A DNA stretch of 64,000 nt. It comes from Eukaryota sp. TZLM1-RC (Eukaryota > Protista > Metamonada: BaSk clade). The translations under genes were made by a program, and so were the position numbers. Every line of letters starts with the position of its first letter. Within the stretch, counting starts at the first letter, position 1. This document shows positions 1-11,400 of this stretch, one piece after another. The notes below the pieces were generated by a model. That model did not search any database. It had not been told where the DNA came from and saw only the letters and a program-made list of their open reading frames with translations. Where the stretch lies: NCBI GenBank assembly GCA_040285825.1, contig JAUPSS010000001.1, forward strand, positions 2,852,001 to 2,916,000, written 5' to 3'.

Positions 1-360
1 AAATTACTCAAAGTTTGACTTTTCGTCAAAATTTAATTTGTATTTGAGGGCAATGTTTTATATAAATAATAGATTAGAGGATGAGGAGAGTAAAATCTTT
101 TATTCTCTGCCTTTGAAGAATTCTACATCATGTGAAAGTTTGTGGAATAGAGATCGAAATACTTCGCTGAATATGTTGGCAGTGATGGAAGCACATGTAA
201 ATGATGGAGATAGACCAGGATAACTGCAGAGAGTAAAGGATGATGAAGGTTCAAAGAAATAGGTTTCAAGGAGAAAATCTTCCACTTCTCAAAAACTCAG
301 TCCCTCTCCATTGGTGTAAAAAGGACACTTATTTCATTGTTATAGACATCATCTGTAACA
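1..360 (+). mobile_element. Fanzor (TnpB-like) element, family A, copy A1: internally deleted remnant retaining the 3' end
   Basis: The N-part (YSKFDFSS..RAMFYINN..LPLKNS, matching 15637-15840) is fused directly to the C-terminal CESLWNRDRNTSLNM RuvC-III motif. The 3' end matches 13985-14250 and 33382-33588. Confidence 0.85.
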
Positions 361-1275
361 ATGAGCCATCCTAATCCTACATTTGAGCTTAAATGTTATC
401 ATCATTGTGGGCCAATATCCACTATTGATACTATATGTGATCTCATTGGTTTTGCTGATGATTACACAATCTCCATATCATCAAATTTCACAACTTCTGA
501 AACTCTTCCGATAACATCCTCTGTTGCACTAGGTGTATCAAGTAAATCTATATCTTTTGCCCCAGGATCGACCCCTTCTTTCATTTCCATTGCTTCTGCT
601 GACAACTCTCTACGTGTAGCCTCTATTGATGCATCTTCGTTTGCTCTCACTCCGTCTATCGTTCATCCTGTATTTCCTTCTTCATCACTACCTTCCGATA
701 CTCTCACTGATATTGATACTTCAGCGAACAACCTCCTAGCCATCTCAAACTCATCTGGCATTCCCTTCTTGTTTGATCTGTCTTCAAGTACTCCTCTCTC
801 AGAACTTGTACCGTCTACTCTTTCTCATGGAACTTGCCTCTCGTTTAAACCAAATGAAGCACATCTTTTACTACAGGGCCACGCTAATGGTCAGGTTTCA
901 TTAATAGATATAAGGAGCAATGAGTTTGTTCTAACAACTTTTGTTGATGGACCAGTAAAATCTCTTGATTGGATTGGTGATGTAAAGTTTGTTGTTTCAG
1001 ACCAAAGTGGAGGTTTGACATCGTTTGACTTATCAAATATTCATGTTCCCAAATTTTTCATGGCACACAAAGGAGCTTGTCTGGTTAAAAGGTATCGGAA
1101 TTTGGTTGTGTCAAAAGGAATTGACTGTCAATTAAATTTGTTTAATTCCAATTTGGAACCTCTGAGCCACATTGAAACTAAAGGAAATGATCTTAATCTG
1201 TGTTGTTCAGATGCAAAAATTTTTACTAGTAATTGTTATGAGTTGAATCAATATGAAGTTTTTTTAAATCAATAG
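361..1275 (+). CDS. WD40-repeat protein
   Basis: 304-aa ORF with divergent WD repeats (CLSFKPNEAHLLLQGHANGQVSLIDIR; VKSLDW..VVSDQSGGLTSFDL). Confidence 0.7.
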   Translation: MSHPNPTFELKCYHHCGPISTIDTICDLIGFADDYTISISSNFTTSETLPITSSVALGVSSKSISFAPGSTPSFISIASADNSLRVASIDASSFALTPSIVHPVFPSSSLPSDTLTDIDTSANNLLAISNSSGIPFLFDLSSSTPLSELVPSTLSHGTCLSFKPNEAHLLLQGHANGQVSLIDIRSNEFVLTTFVDGPVKSLDWIGDVKFVVSDQSGGLTSFDLSNIHVPKFFMAHKGACLVKRYRNLVVSKGIDCQLNLFNSNLEPLSHIETKGNDLNLCCSDAKIFTSNCYELNQYEVFLNQ

Positions 1276-2789
1276 TAGTGTTTATTGTTTTGAATTTAGA
1301 ACATGAGATGATTTTTTTAATTTTGTCTAATTTGATGTGGTGACTTTAGTACTGCTGTCAATTTTATTTTATATCAAATACGTTTTATCAATAAAAAACA
1401 ATTTTTCCTATTAACAATGAACGTGAAATACTGTATCCACCACTTAAGGTGTGTTTCTATCATTCTATTCCATCAGACAACCTTGCACGAGATTCTATTG
1501 CAGAAAGGATGTGGTACGAGCAATCGAGAGCCTGAAATGCCTATTCTTTACATTTGGTTCTCATTGTAGACTTTGGAATTAGTAATCATTTCATCAATGA
1601 AATGCAGTTATTCCTCTTGCTGAAACTTCAAAAGGAAATGTTTCAACCAAAAAATCTAAATTTGACAATAACTATTCGATATTTCGTGTTGATTGTGATG
1701 ATAGCATCTAAACATTGTTCCACCCGTGAGGTCAACTCACAAATCAAGACTGTCTCCCTTCTTGATTCATCATTATTTTCAAAGATAAGATTTAGGTCAG
1801 GTTTTAACTCAGTCACAGCTGAAGGATAATTGAAAAAAATCATTTGTTGTTGCCTAAAGTCTATTGTAATTAAAGGAAAGATGATTTATTTTCCCATTCA
1901 TAATATATAGGTAGTATTGTGCCAACACTGCTTCTTCCCTTTTTCAAGATAAATCAGCTTATTTAAAAATGAAACTTAACTATAAACAAATAACTACATA
2001 GCTATAAATACTAAGAACTAAATCTAATTTCTAATGTTTTCTATTGTCTACAATTATCTTTGTAGTGATTGGGATTCACACAAACACTGGGTTTTACATT
2101 TTTGAAATCGAAGATTGATGTACTATGACTCTCCCACAATAATGTTAGTATAAGGTAGTAAGCAATAACTGAAAAGGTCCTCGTTTCAAGATTTGTGTGT
2201 TTGCATACTTTGTTGTGCATGTTTTAATCGCTACATAAAGCGCTCCGCTTCTTCGCTTTTTCACATACGAGTAACGTGGTAGTATCGTTTAGTAAAGGTA
2301 TCATGGAATGGAAAAATGGTTTCGCTCACCATCATGCAAAATCAATGTTGGATCAGGAACAACAGTAAGCGAAATAACAAACTTCAGAAACTTGAAGGCG
2401 GCGTCTTCTGTCGTTAGAGTACTGCATTTACGACTAAAAATATCAGAGGAGCAACGACCGTATCTTTGCATTGTAGTATAATAATAGTGGAGGTGGAGTC
2501 TCTACTCGTAACCTCGTGTGTAGTCGACTTTTTTTTGTGTTTGGCTGTCTAAGGGAGGGAGCTGCTCGAATAGATAAAAGTCCATTCACTCGAGGTAAGG
2601 TTCCGCGTCCTTGTTAGGAGTTTGTAGAATCCATCACTGGAGTCATCTTCCCCTTCCGTGCTATGTACTCTTCTGGAGGGGTTCCTTATGTAAAGTGTGA
2701 TTTCCATCCGTTTCTTTACTAGATGCTTCATTAGAGAGGGGAGAAAGAACTGGTAGTAATAATAATAAAAGTTTAGGCAAGGAAGTAAG

Positions 2790-3440
2790 ATGATTATACA
2801 TCTATTTAAAACTGAGTCATGTCTACATCTTGGTCTATTGTTTATCTGAGTGATTTGATGACTTGGACGACTGCATAAAATGCAACACAACGTAGCAGGT
2901 CCAGATTGACATAATTACCACACAGGAGACAATAGTTTAGATTTATCATGCTTCTTCTGACAAATATTTTATAGATAACGGCGACCAGCAAAAGGTAATA
3001 CATTCAATGATGATCTAATTGCAAATTTGATGATTCAGGGAAGTAGGTCAATCCACATGGATAGCCAATGATAATCAGTGTTCATGTGTTAAGAGTTTAA
3101 TATGACATTGTTCATTGAAGATTGTACTTGACACTCCATAAATCTATCGATTTTTTGAATATCATCATTTGTTAATTTGCAATTATTTTCACCAATTATG
3201 TCTCTCAATTTCTTTCTTGAACCACTAGAGACAATTTCTCCAATTTTTGCAGAAGATTAAATTTCTGCTTCCAACTTCATCTTCTTTGTTTTATCATTCC
3301 AAGTGAATTTCTCAAATCATGATCAAAAGAATTTTGCAAAATGTGGCATTTCCGAATTTGACATTCTGTAAACAATAAGGTAAGATCAGGGAAACCTACA
3401 CCACCCTTACATGTGGATAAATACAGCTAATTTACATAAC
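2790..3440 (-). mobile_element. Highly degenerate RLE-type non-LTR retrotransposon fragment, distinct from the CRE-like families
   Basis: Interrupted minus-strand translation gives LYLSTCKGGVGFPDL (RT thumb region), KFAIRSSLNVLP and RCRHDSVLN (the RHD motif that precedes the RLE domain). Confidence 0.55.
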
Positions 3441-3524
3441 CATTTCAAATAAAATCAAAAATTCTGTCAGTTTTATTTCATTATTTACTTGGCTTTTTTA
3501 TAATCTTGATTTATTAAAAAATGA

Positions 3525-3841
3525 ATAAATCAATTTCTAAATAGTTCTTCTTTCCCAAAACAAAACTACTAGATGCAACCCTCTCATGATAAAATCCAAG
3601 AGAAAGCAAAACATCAGAAACCAACTTCACCATCAACTCAAAAAAAAGAAAACACGATTCTATTTTTTTAAAGTAATACTTATTTATTAGTTAGAAAACT
3701 TATAAATCAACATCTAAATAATCCATCTCTCCCAAAACAAAACAACTGGATGCAACTCTCTCATAGTGAGATCCAAGAGACAGCAAAACATCAGAAACCA
3801 TCTTCAACATCCCCTTAAAAATAGAAACACAATTCTATTTT
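3525..3841. repeat. Diverged tandem duplication, period about 177 bp, 2 copies
   Basis: ataaatcaa..tcccaaaacaaaac..gatgcaa..atccaagaga..gcaaaacatcagaaacc occurs at about 3525 and about 3702. Confidence 0.85.
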
Positions 3842-4153
3842 GCCAAAACAATCTGTTGAAATTTCAGTTAGTTCTTCTCTCTACAATCATCTCAAAATCT
3901 GCCAAAAAACATATAACCGTGGGAGCAAGTGAATTGAATAGAGAAAATACAAATGGATACAAATTGTATTTTGCATGCTGTTGGCTGGACAATACTAATT
4001 TGCCAAAACAATTTGTGGAAATTTCTATTGATTTTTTTCTTCGCAATCATTTCAAGAACTGCCAAAAAAAGTAAAGCCGGTGAAGCAAGTGTACCATATA
4101 GAAAAAATACAAATGGATACAAAATGTATTTTGCGTGCTGCTGAGTGGACAAT
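3838..4153. repeat. Diverged tandem duplication, period about 161 bp, 2 copies
   Basis: tttgccaaaacaat..gaaatttc..gcaagtg..aaatacaaatggatacaaa..gtattttgc..tggacaat occurs at about 3838 and about 3999. Confidence 0.85.
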
Positions 4154-4276
4154 TTGAACAAAGGTTCATTGTATTTTTTGATTTTGAAATTTTCAGCATT
4201 TGAAAGAGGGAAAAGTGGGTTAAGATAAAGCTGATTTATTTTCTATTCATATTATAACAGCCTAAGGGCGCCAACA

Positions 4277-4612
4277 ATTAATGAAGCTTTCACTTTAGCA
4301 AAATGTCCTGTTTGTTTTGAAAAGGTTGCTAGGTTTTTGAGAGTCACAAATCCCAGATGCTATAGAAGAGAAAACACTCCTGTTACTATGTGTCATGGTT
4401 TGTTAGCTTGTAATAGTGAGAGTTGCAAACTCAGTAACAAAGCCTCAACAAAGCTCTTCAATAGAAATAAGCTGGCTTGTCTGAATATGTTTGCGATTGC
4501 TGAAGCGAGGATGAGTGGTGATGAAAGGCCTCAGTATCTGTGCAGTAGACAGTTTTTGTAATTATTCCCCCCGAAAATAGATCATGTATTTATGGGAATT
4601 TCCCACAAATAC
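4277..4612 (+). mobile_element. Fanzor family B, copy B1: 3' remnant
   Basis: INEAFTLAKCPVC (RuvC-II plus Zn finger), CHGLLACNSESC and FNRNKLACLNM..GDERPQYL (RuvC-III region). Ends in the palindrome gtatttatgggaa-t-ttcccacaaatac. Confidence 0.8.
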
Positions 4613-4620
4613 AGAATTTA

Positions 4621-5352
4621 ATGTGTTCTATTGACATTGAGGATGTGTTCAACATCATTTGTAACTTCGAACCAGATACCATTGCTGCGGTTGACTCCTT
4701 TGGTGCTGAAGCATTGGCTTCATTAGCTTATGACACCACCAACGAAGTTTCTTTACCCATTTACAGGCTGCACTGCTTTCTCGCCCTCTTTCTTTCTCCC
4801 AGAACTAAGGATCAACAAACAGCACAGGCAATGAAAAACCTACGTTCTCTTCCTGGTGGTGTTTCCTATATCACACTTTGCAACCTTCCTGAAGATGAGC
4901 TTGCAACAGTGATCAAACCTGCTGGATTTGCAAAAACCAAGGCTAAAAACCTTAAAAAATGTATCAAGACTTTTATTGATGAATACAACTGTGATATACC
5001 AAAAACCTATGCAGAATTGATTTCTCTGCCAGGAGTGGGTCCAAAAATAGCATTGTTGGTACTTCAATGTGCTTGGAATGATTGCCAAGGCATTGCAGTG
5101 GACACCCATGTGCATAGAGTATCAAATAGAGTGGGATTTGTTGATAATACTTCATCGGCAGAAAAAACAAGAATTGGCTTGGAAAGGGTGTTTCCAAAAC
5201 CAAAATGGAAGCTAGTCAACCTTTGTTTAGTTAGATTTGGTCAAACTGTTTGTTTGCCTAAAACTCCAAAGTGTCGCGATTGTCCAGTAGGTCAACACTG
5301 TCCCTCTTTCAAAGTAGAAGAGCCCGCAAAAAAAAGTTGTAGAAGAAGCTGA
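4621..5352 (+). CDS. NTH1: Endonuclease III (HhH-GPD DNA glycosylase/AP lyase with 4Fe-4S cluster)
   Basis: LPGVGPKIA HhH motif, VDTHVHRVSNR, and C-terminal CLPKTPKCRDCPVGQHC. Confidence 0.95.
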   Translation: MCSIDIEDVFNIICNFEPDTIAAVDSFGAEALASLAYDTTNEVSLPIYRLHCFLALFLSPRTKDQQTAQAMKNLRSLPGGVSYITLCNLPEDELATVIKPAGFAKTKAKNLKKCIKTFIDEYNCDIPKTYAELISLPGVGPKIALLVLQCAWNDCQGIAVDTHVHRVSNRVGFVDNTSSAEKTRIGLERVFPKPKWKLVNLCLVRFGQTVCLPKTPKCRDCPVGQHCPSFKVEEPAKKSCRRS

Positions 5353-5660
5353 AACTTTATCTTCTATGTTTGAAACATGTGGAGTCATTTGTGTTTGTTG
5401 GAATGTACTTCCAATCAATAGGGCCTGATTCGCTGGTTCGTAATGGTGGTTGTTTCTGTTCACTTACATGATGTCTTTTTACTCAACGCAATGATCACAA
5501 AAACGGTTTATCAGTATAGGTTTATTGTTGCACAATGAAATCGATTTAAATTGTAAAAATCCTGTAAATAAAGTGGTGCCCTTCTTGGAATATATGCAAA
5601 TATGTTATTAAAACTATGTACATTTATTGTGTTTTCAAGAACAAAATTTACACAAGAGAT

Positions 5661-6933
5661 TCAGAGTTTCTTTTCATTTTCTGCAATCAAGAAATCAATA
5701 GCTTGTTCACTCAACAATTCACGAACAAATGCTGAGGTCCTGAGAATCTCGTTACATTCCTGCAATGACTGAGGAAGTTTTTCGATTCCTGCTTCTTTTA
5801 GTTCTTCTTCAGTCATGGAGTCGGGATTTTGGGTGAAATTGGAAACAGGATCAAGTTCTTCCATAATTCCTTTTAATCCAGCATAGTAAATTGCGGCTGC
5901 CAAGAGGTGAGGGTTTCCACTTGCATCTCCTGCTCTGAATTCAACTCTTTGTTTTTTAGGTAAGTTGGCAGGACTAATATGAGGAACTCTTACTAGTGCT
6001 GTACGATTGGAAAAATCCCATGTTTTATAAACTGGAGCCTCATGGCCAGGAACCAGCCTTTTGAAGGAAGAAGGAGACCTTGCAAAGAGAGCAGTGATTT
6101 CAGCAGAGTACTTGAGCAAACCGGCAATAAATTGCTTTGCGTGAATAGAGAGATGTTGTTCGTCTTTGGCGTCAAACATTACATTGTTGCCATCAGCATC
6201 ACATAACATAATATGCATGTGCAACCCGTTTCCAATCAGATCTGGATAAGGTTTTGGATCATATTCGACCTCAAGTCCCATGGAGTTTGCTATAAGATGA
6301 CAACACCATATTCCAAGCAATGTGGAATCAGCATTGTGCATTGCCGGCATCAGCTGATACTCTATCTCTTGCTGGCCTGGTCCATTTTCATGATGAATAC
6401 GTTTGACCTTGACACCTAGATTACTGACCAAATCCGCCAGGGTTCTTCGGAAGGGTCCTCCTTTGTCTTTGGGTGGTCCCTCTAGGTATCCTGCCTGATC
6501 ATGGAATGAACCGTCTTTTAAAACGTAGAATTCAAGCTCTGAGAACATAACAGCTGTGAAGTCCATTGAGCGGGCAGTGTCAATTACCTTCTGCAAAACT
6601 GATCGTGGACAGGAGCCATGGGGCTTACCTGTTGCTGAATCGTGGACATTGCAAAACACGATAGCGGATTTCATCTCTTCATAGTGTAGATTACAAATAG
6701 TGTTCATATCAGGGACAATTGAAACATCTGAGTGATTTACAGAAGCGTAGCCCGGAACAGAGGAACCATCAACGCCGAGATCTCCTTTTTGGGCAGCTTC
6801 TAGTTGAGAGATTGACTCTTCCATGATTCTAAGGTCACTTCTAGCACAAGTCAAACCTGGGAGCATTGTCACGTAGGGTAGTAAAATGGAACTGAATGTA
6901 TTCTTCTTGTGTAGGATCCGAAGGATCAACCAT
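5661..6933 (-). CDS. glnA: Glutamine synthetase type I family; one 28-nt intron (6829-6856)
   Basis: Motifs ELEFY, HHENGPGQQEI, GNGLHMH, FKRLVPGHEAP, NRTALVRVP and RVEFR. Removing gtttg..gtgaccttag joins exon 1 (MVDPSDPTQEEYIQFHFTTL, GS beta-grasp start) in frame. Confidence 0.9.
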
Positions 6934-8434
6934 GTGCTTCTCGTAGGTGAACGATAAACAACGACTTTTTGTAACTATTTTGAGCTGTTGCCGATTTTAG
7001 GCATCTCTCAAGAATTCAACGGAATTCAACAAAGAATTCAACAGCTCAGTTTCCATTCTTTCAGTATTTCAATATTTTACACTTAACGACACAGTTTCGC
7101 ATACCATTTCATTAAATTTCTTTAGAAATCATTGTTTTTGCTTTCATTGGGTATAACCAACCTTTTGGATATTTGCATGGAACTATGTGCCACAGCGTTG
7201 ACCTTCCTCCTTGCAGCAGTTTCAGTAAACAATTGTTTTGTATGTTCATGTGGACAGATCAACAGTTCCAATATTTGCAAGATGTTAAACATCAGAATTC
7301 TTAAAACAGTTAAGAATGAACATTATATCCGATCAGGTTTTTGTAGAAAAATTCTTTGATTTAATAAATTTGGTCAAATAAGTTGTTTTCGACGACTTCT
7401 AAGTATTCTATTTTAGTCATTAAAGTCATTTAAACTGTTTAAAATGTTTTATCATTTCAAAAGTTGAAACATGTAACTCTCTTGAATATGAGTAGTTGCT
7501 ATGAACCATAGCTCGAGATTACTTGCGATTTCCTCCAGCGATTCACAAGGATTTCCTAACATGAATACCTCTGGTCAGTTTCCCCTAAATCTGATGCTGT
7601 TTGTGTCATGTATAACAATAGAGAATAATAACGTGTTTATTAAATTTCACTGGCCCTTATAAAGGCCATCACTAGTGAAGTATGTACTAGACTAATTGTC
7701 CACAGTACAACAAATCACCTTTTCAAGGCATACTATAGCTGTTATTAAGCTCCCTTCAACACAGGAACAACTAGAACACCCTTGAAAAAAGTATCCTACA
7801 CTACCTCGGTCACAATCATCGACTTCTCCCAATGGTTTCAGCCATTATTCGCCAAAGTATACATCATTTAATATTTTGATGTTTGAAAATTATGGTTTAA
7901 ATACAAAATGGAATTTCTAATTGATTTTCAATTGAGTTCAAAATGGTTTGTTCAAACTTTCATCGGATTTGATGTAGAAATAGACTTATTTTGTCAGTTT
8001 TCAAAAATATCGCTATGGAAAAGCTTTTAACAAATCCACATGATTAAAATTATGGAGTTACTCCCATCTTGATTCCCTAAGGAAACAATTTCTACTTTGG
8101 CAACCTTTTTGGTTTTAATAGTTTTATTTGAATTTATATTTTGCTTAACAATAAAACGTATTCATGTTTTTTTTTCAAATAACTTCCATTAATTTCAATA
8201 AACTAAACAGCAAACTTAAAACTGAATATCCTTATATCCCAAATTGGCCAAAAAGTATGGATTGTACAACTCCTAATATCATAAAATTGGTTATCCCTAC
8301 AACGGGGAACATATTCTGGAAGTCATATTAGAGGCAACTATATTTGGAATTTCTGAATTATTTTTTTTAAAATTAAATTATTTAATGTCTCAATAATTAA
8401 TCTCAAATCACCTCTCGTTCTGAACTGTAAATGA

Positions 8435-11400
8435 ATGGCATCACTGTGTTCTTCAGGCCACGGTTCTCGTATTTCTAAGCTAAGTTCACTTCAATCAAGA
8501 ACACGAAGGTCACTTCAGAGTCTTGATGTACAAAGCTTTCGTCGAGGCAATGAGGCCAACTTTGTCCGCTCTATCATGCTTGACTTATCCCCCCAAGATC
8601 TAGCCACCATTCGTGAACTTCTTCTTCAAAACGAGGTCAATATGCCAATGTTTGTTGTAATAATGAAGCATCATTTATCTGATGATTTCAAAAACTCCTT
8701 CGCACCCTATCAATTAGAGCTATCCCTTGTACAATTGTTTTTGGAAATCGATGTCAATGGAGACAACCAACTTGAAAGTGATGAGTTTTCAGCGTATGTT
8801 GCGTCCACAATTGCAATATCAGCAAGCTCGGATGCTAACATGAGACTAAAATGCCTTCCTTCCACCAGGACTACCGGTATCACCATCTCCCGTGCCTCTC
8901 TTTCCAGCATTGTCTACGTTGATGCCCCTGCATCTCGTTTCTTTGCCTCCTTGGATAACTCTCCCACTGTGCTCGCTTGGCAACCCTTCTCTGTCTCACA
9001 ACTAGACCCTTTCACTGATGACATTAATCCTTCCCTCTCAGCCCCTGTCACCACCTTTTCTGCTCATATGGCTCCTTGTACCGCTCTCTGCGCACTGTCT
9101 CGCAACAAACATCTTTCTTGGTCTTGGCTTGCTACTGGCTCCACTGATCGTTATGTGGCTCTGTGGGATGCTGTCACTCTCGTTGAAAGAGCTAGAGTTC
9201 TCTGTTCCGCCCCTGTTCTTTCCCTTTGCCAAGTCTTTTCCGAAGACAGCGAATCTTATTCCCTTGCAGTAGGTACTTCTTCAGCCGAGGCATTCCTTCT
9301 CTCCCTACCCAACCTTACCCCACTCATCAGACTCACCACTGTCCCCTCACCTTCTGATCTACCTGTGCAGTCGGTATATTGGGCATTCAAGGATGTTGAT
9401 CACGAAGAAGAGGAAACAAACTCACTTGACAAGTCTCTACTAGCTCTAAGCCCAGGAGATAAGCTACTTGATAGAAGAACAGGATTTGCCGCTTTTCAAA
9501 CTTCTCGAGCTAATCCCGTTACATCAATGGTCAATGCTACCTCTCTCAAGCTTGTTATTTGCGGTTTTCAGGACGGTTCTCTTTTATGGTTTGACATTCT
9601 ATCTGGAGAGTTTAGAGGTGGTATTGACAAATCAAAAAGCGAGACTAATGAAGGTCATTCACAGGCTATTTTCTCCTTGATTTGGTCTGATAAGGCCAGG
9701 GTAGCTGTTTCGTTGTCCTACCAAAGATATGCACTAGGCTATAACTGTAAAGGTTCTAGTCATGTGTTCAAGCTAGGCGGTGGACATTTTCACCTTTCCC
9801 CAATCGTATCTCAATGTTTATTAGGCAGTGGTGGTAATTACTGCGCTACCTTTGACCTTGAAAAAACTTGTTGTATTTGGAATCTCTCTACCCTGGAATG
9901 TGTTCAAGTGTTACAAACTTCTATTTCTGTCGTTTCCGCTATCTCAGTCTCGGAATACGTTGTTACCTGCTCTTCAGGCCCTCTTTGTCCGTTACAGGCA
10001 ATGTCAAGGGCTCCTCCTTTGCTTGAAGATAAATCTGCCTATCATCGGGTTTTGTCTATTTTGTTCTCTGATTCGCTTTTAAATTTCATTTCTCTCTGTC
10101 CGAAAGCTGTTTTTTCATGGGATTCTGTGACCGGAACCAAGGTTAATGAATGGCATTTTGCACCTAATGATGCCATCTCGATGATTTTTGATGATAGAGA
10201 GCGCAAGTTGCTAGTAGGTCTATCCAACGGACATATACAGGTATTGAACGTAACTAATGGTTCTCTTTTAAAGACTCTAAAACCAATTGATCCTGATACT
10301 AACAATCAATTAGCAGTTGATTTGGTTTCAATTTCTTTTGCACCAGAGTTACGCTATGCCGTGGCTTTTTATTTGAACTCTTTAGTCGTTTTCTTTGAAG
10401 AAAATGACGATTCTGAAGAACTATTTCCCTTGTTTACGCTAACCATCCCCTCTGAACCAACGATATCAACTTGTTTAGAAACCGTCGTAGAGAGTCTCTC
10501 TTCAGGTGACCATTTGCCTTTCTTTGTTGTTGGAACTATTAGTGGTGAGATTTTTGGTTTTGATTCTCTTTCGTTTAACTTGCTCAATAAGGGTGCTCCC
10601 TTGTTATCGCACCCTGCCAGTATCACAGCCTTGCTCTACGTCGCCACTGGGTTTCTTTTATCCTGTGACGATCACGGCAATGTTGTTTTGTCTGAAGTAA
10701 GAGGAAGTCGCGATTCAAGCCCTCTGGTTCCGGTAAGGCTTATTTTAGCTTGTGAATGCCCATTTCCTGTAGTTAATTCAGGTAATTTGGATGAAAAAAT
10801 TCCACATCCTGCAGCTTCCTTACAGTCTATTGCCCTTAGTTGTGCTTCAAAAGCTTCTAATTCAATTAATTTCGGAACAGTTTCAAAGGATTTCTCTCTT
10901 TTTGTTTTTACTACTAGAAATGGTGATTTGTATATTATTGATCTGGAGGAGATTAAAAGTTACAACAAATTTAAGGATCTTCAGGAGCCTGAAACAGTGC
11001 ATTTTCCTGGCATTTCTGACCGGTTGCCGTTTTCTACCTTGGTTTCCGGTCGTCCAGTTTCGCTTATAAATGTAAATAATTTTGTTTGTGGCCATTTAAA
11101 CATAGAAAACTTGTTTAAGTTCTCTGTAATGTCTATAATGGTTTTTAGCAATCCTAAAATTTTGGTCTTTGGTCCTGACTCAAGCCCTGAGCTCCACATC
11201 ACGTCATTTGATGGAACTTTGATTGGAAAAACTAGCGCCGGTTCTCCCAATTTGTGGAATTTGGAACTTAATTTTGAGTATTTTCTCCAAACACAACGAA
11301 TAATTTTCTTTGAAACTCTAGAGGCCACTAGTGATCTCTCTTACCAACAGATGAATGGTGCTGAGACCCCCATTCAGTTTAAACTATCTCAATCCAAAAG

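Noticed and set aside
2780-2960. C/D or H/ACA snoRNA-like boxes and hairpin
   Set aside because: The opposite strand encodes retrotransposon motifs (RHDSVL), and no convincing rRNA antisense element was found.
3525-4153. CRISPR-like or guide array near Fanzor B1
   Set aside because: Only two-copy duplications of 160-180 bp, with no repeat-spacer structure.
6841-6872. Non-canonical or 16-nt intron in the GS gene
   Set aside because: A canonical 28-nt intron at 6829-6856 fits the donor and -7 A rule and restores the frame.
7500-7860. Ty3/Gypsy remnant (FTGPYK and YLGH patches)
   Set aside because: The motifs are very short, in the wrong order and lack LTRs.
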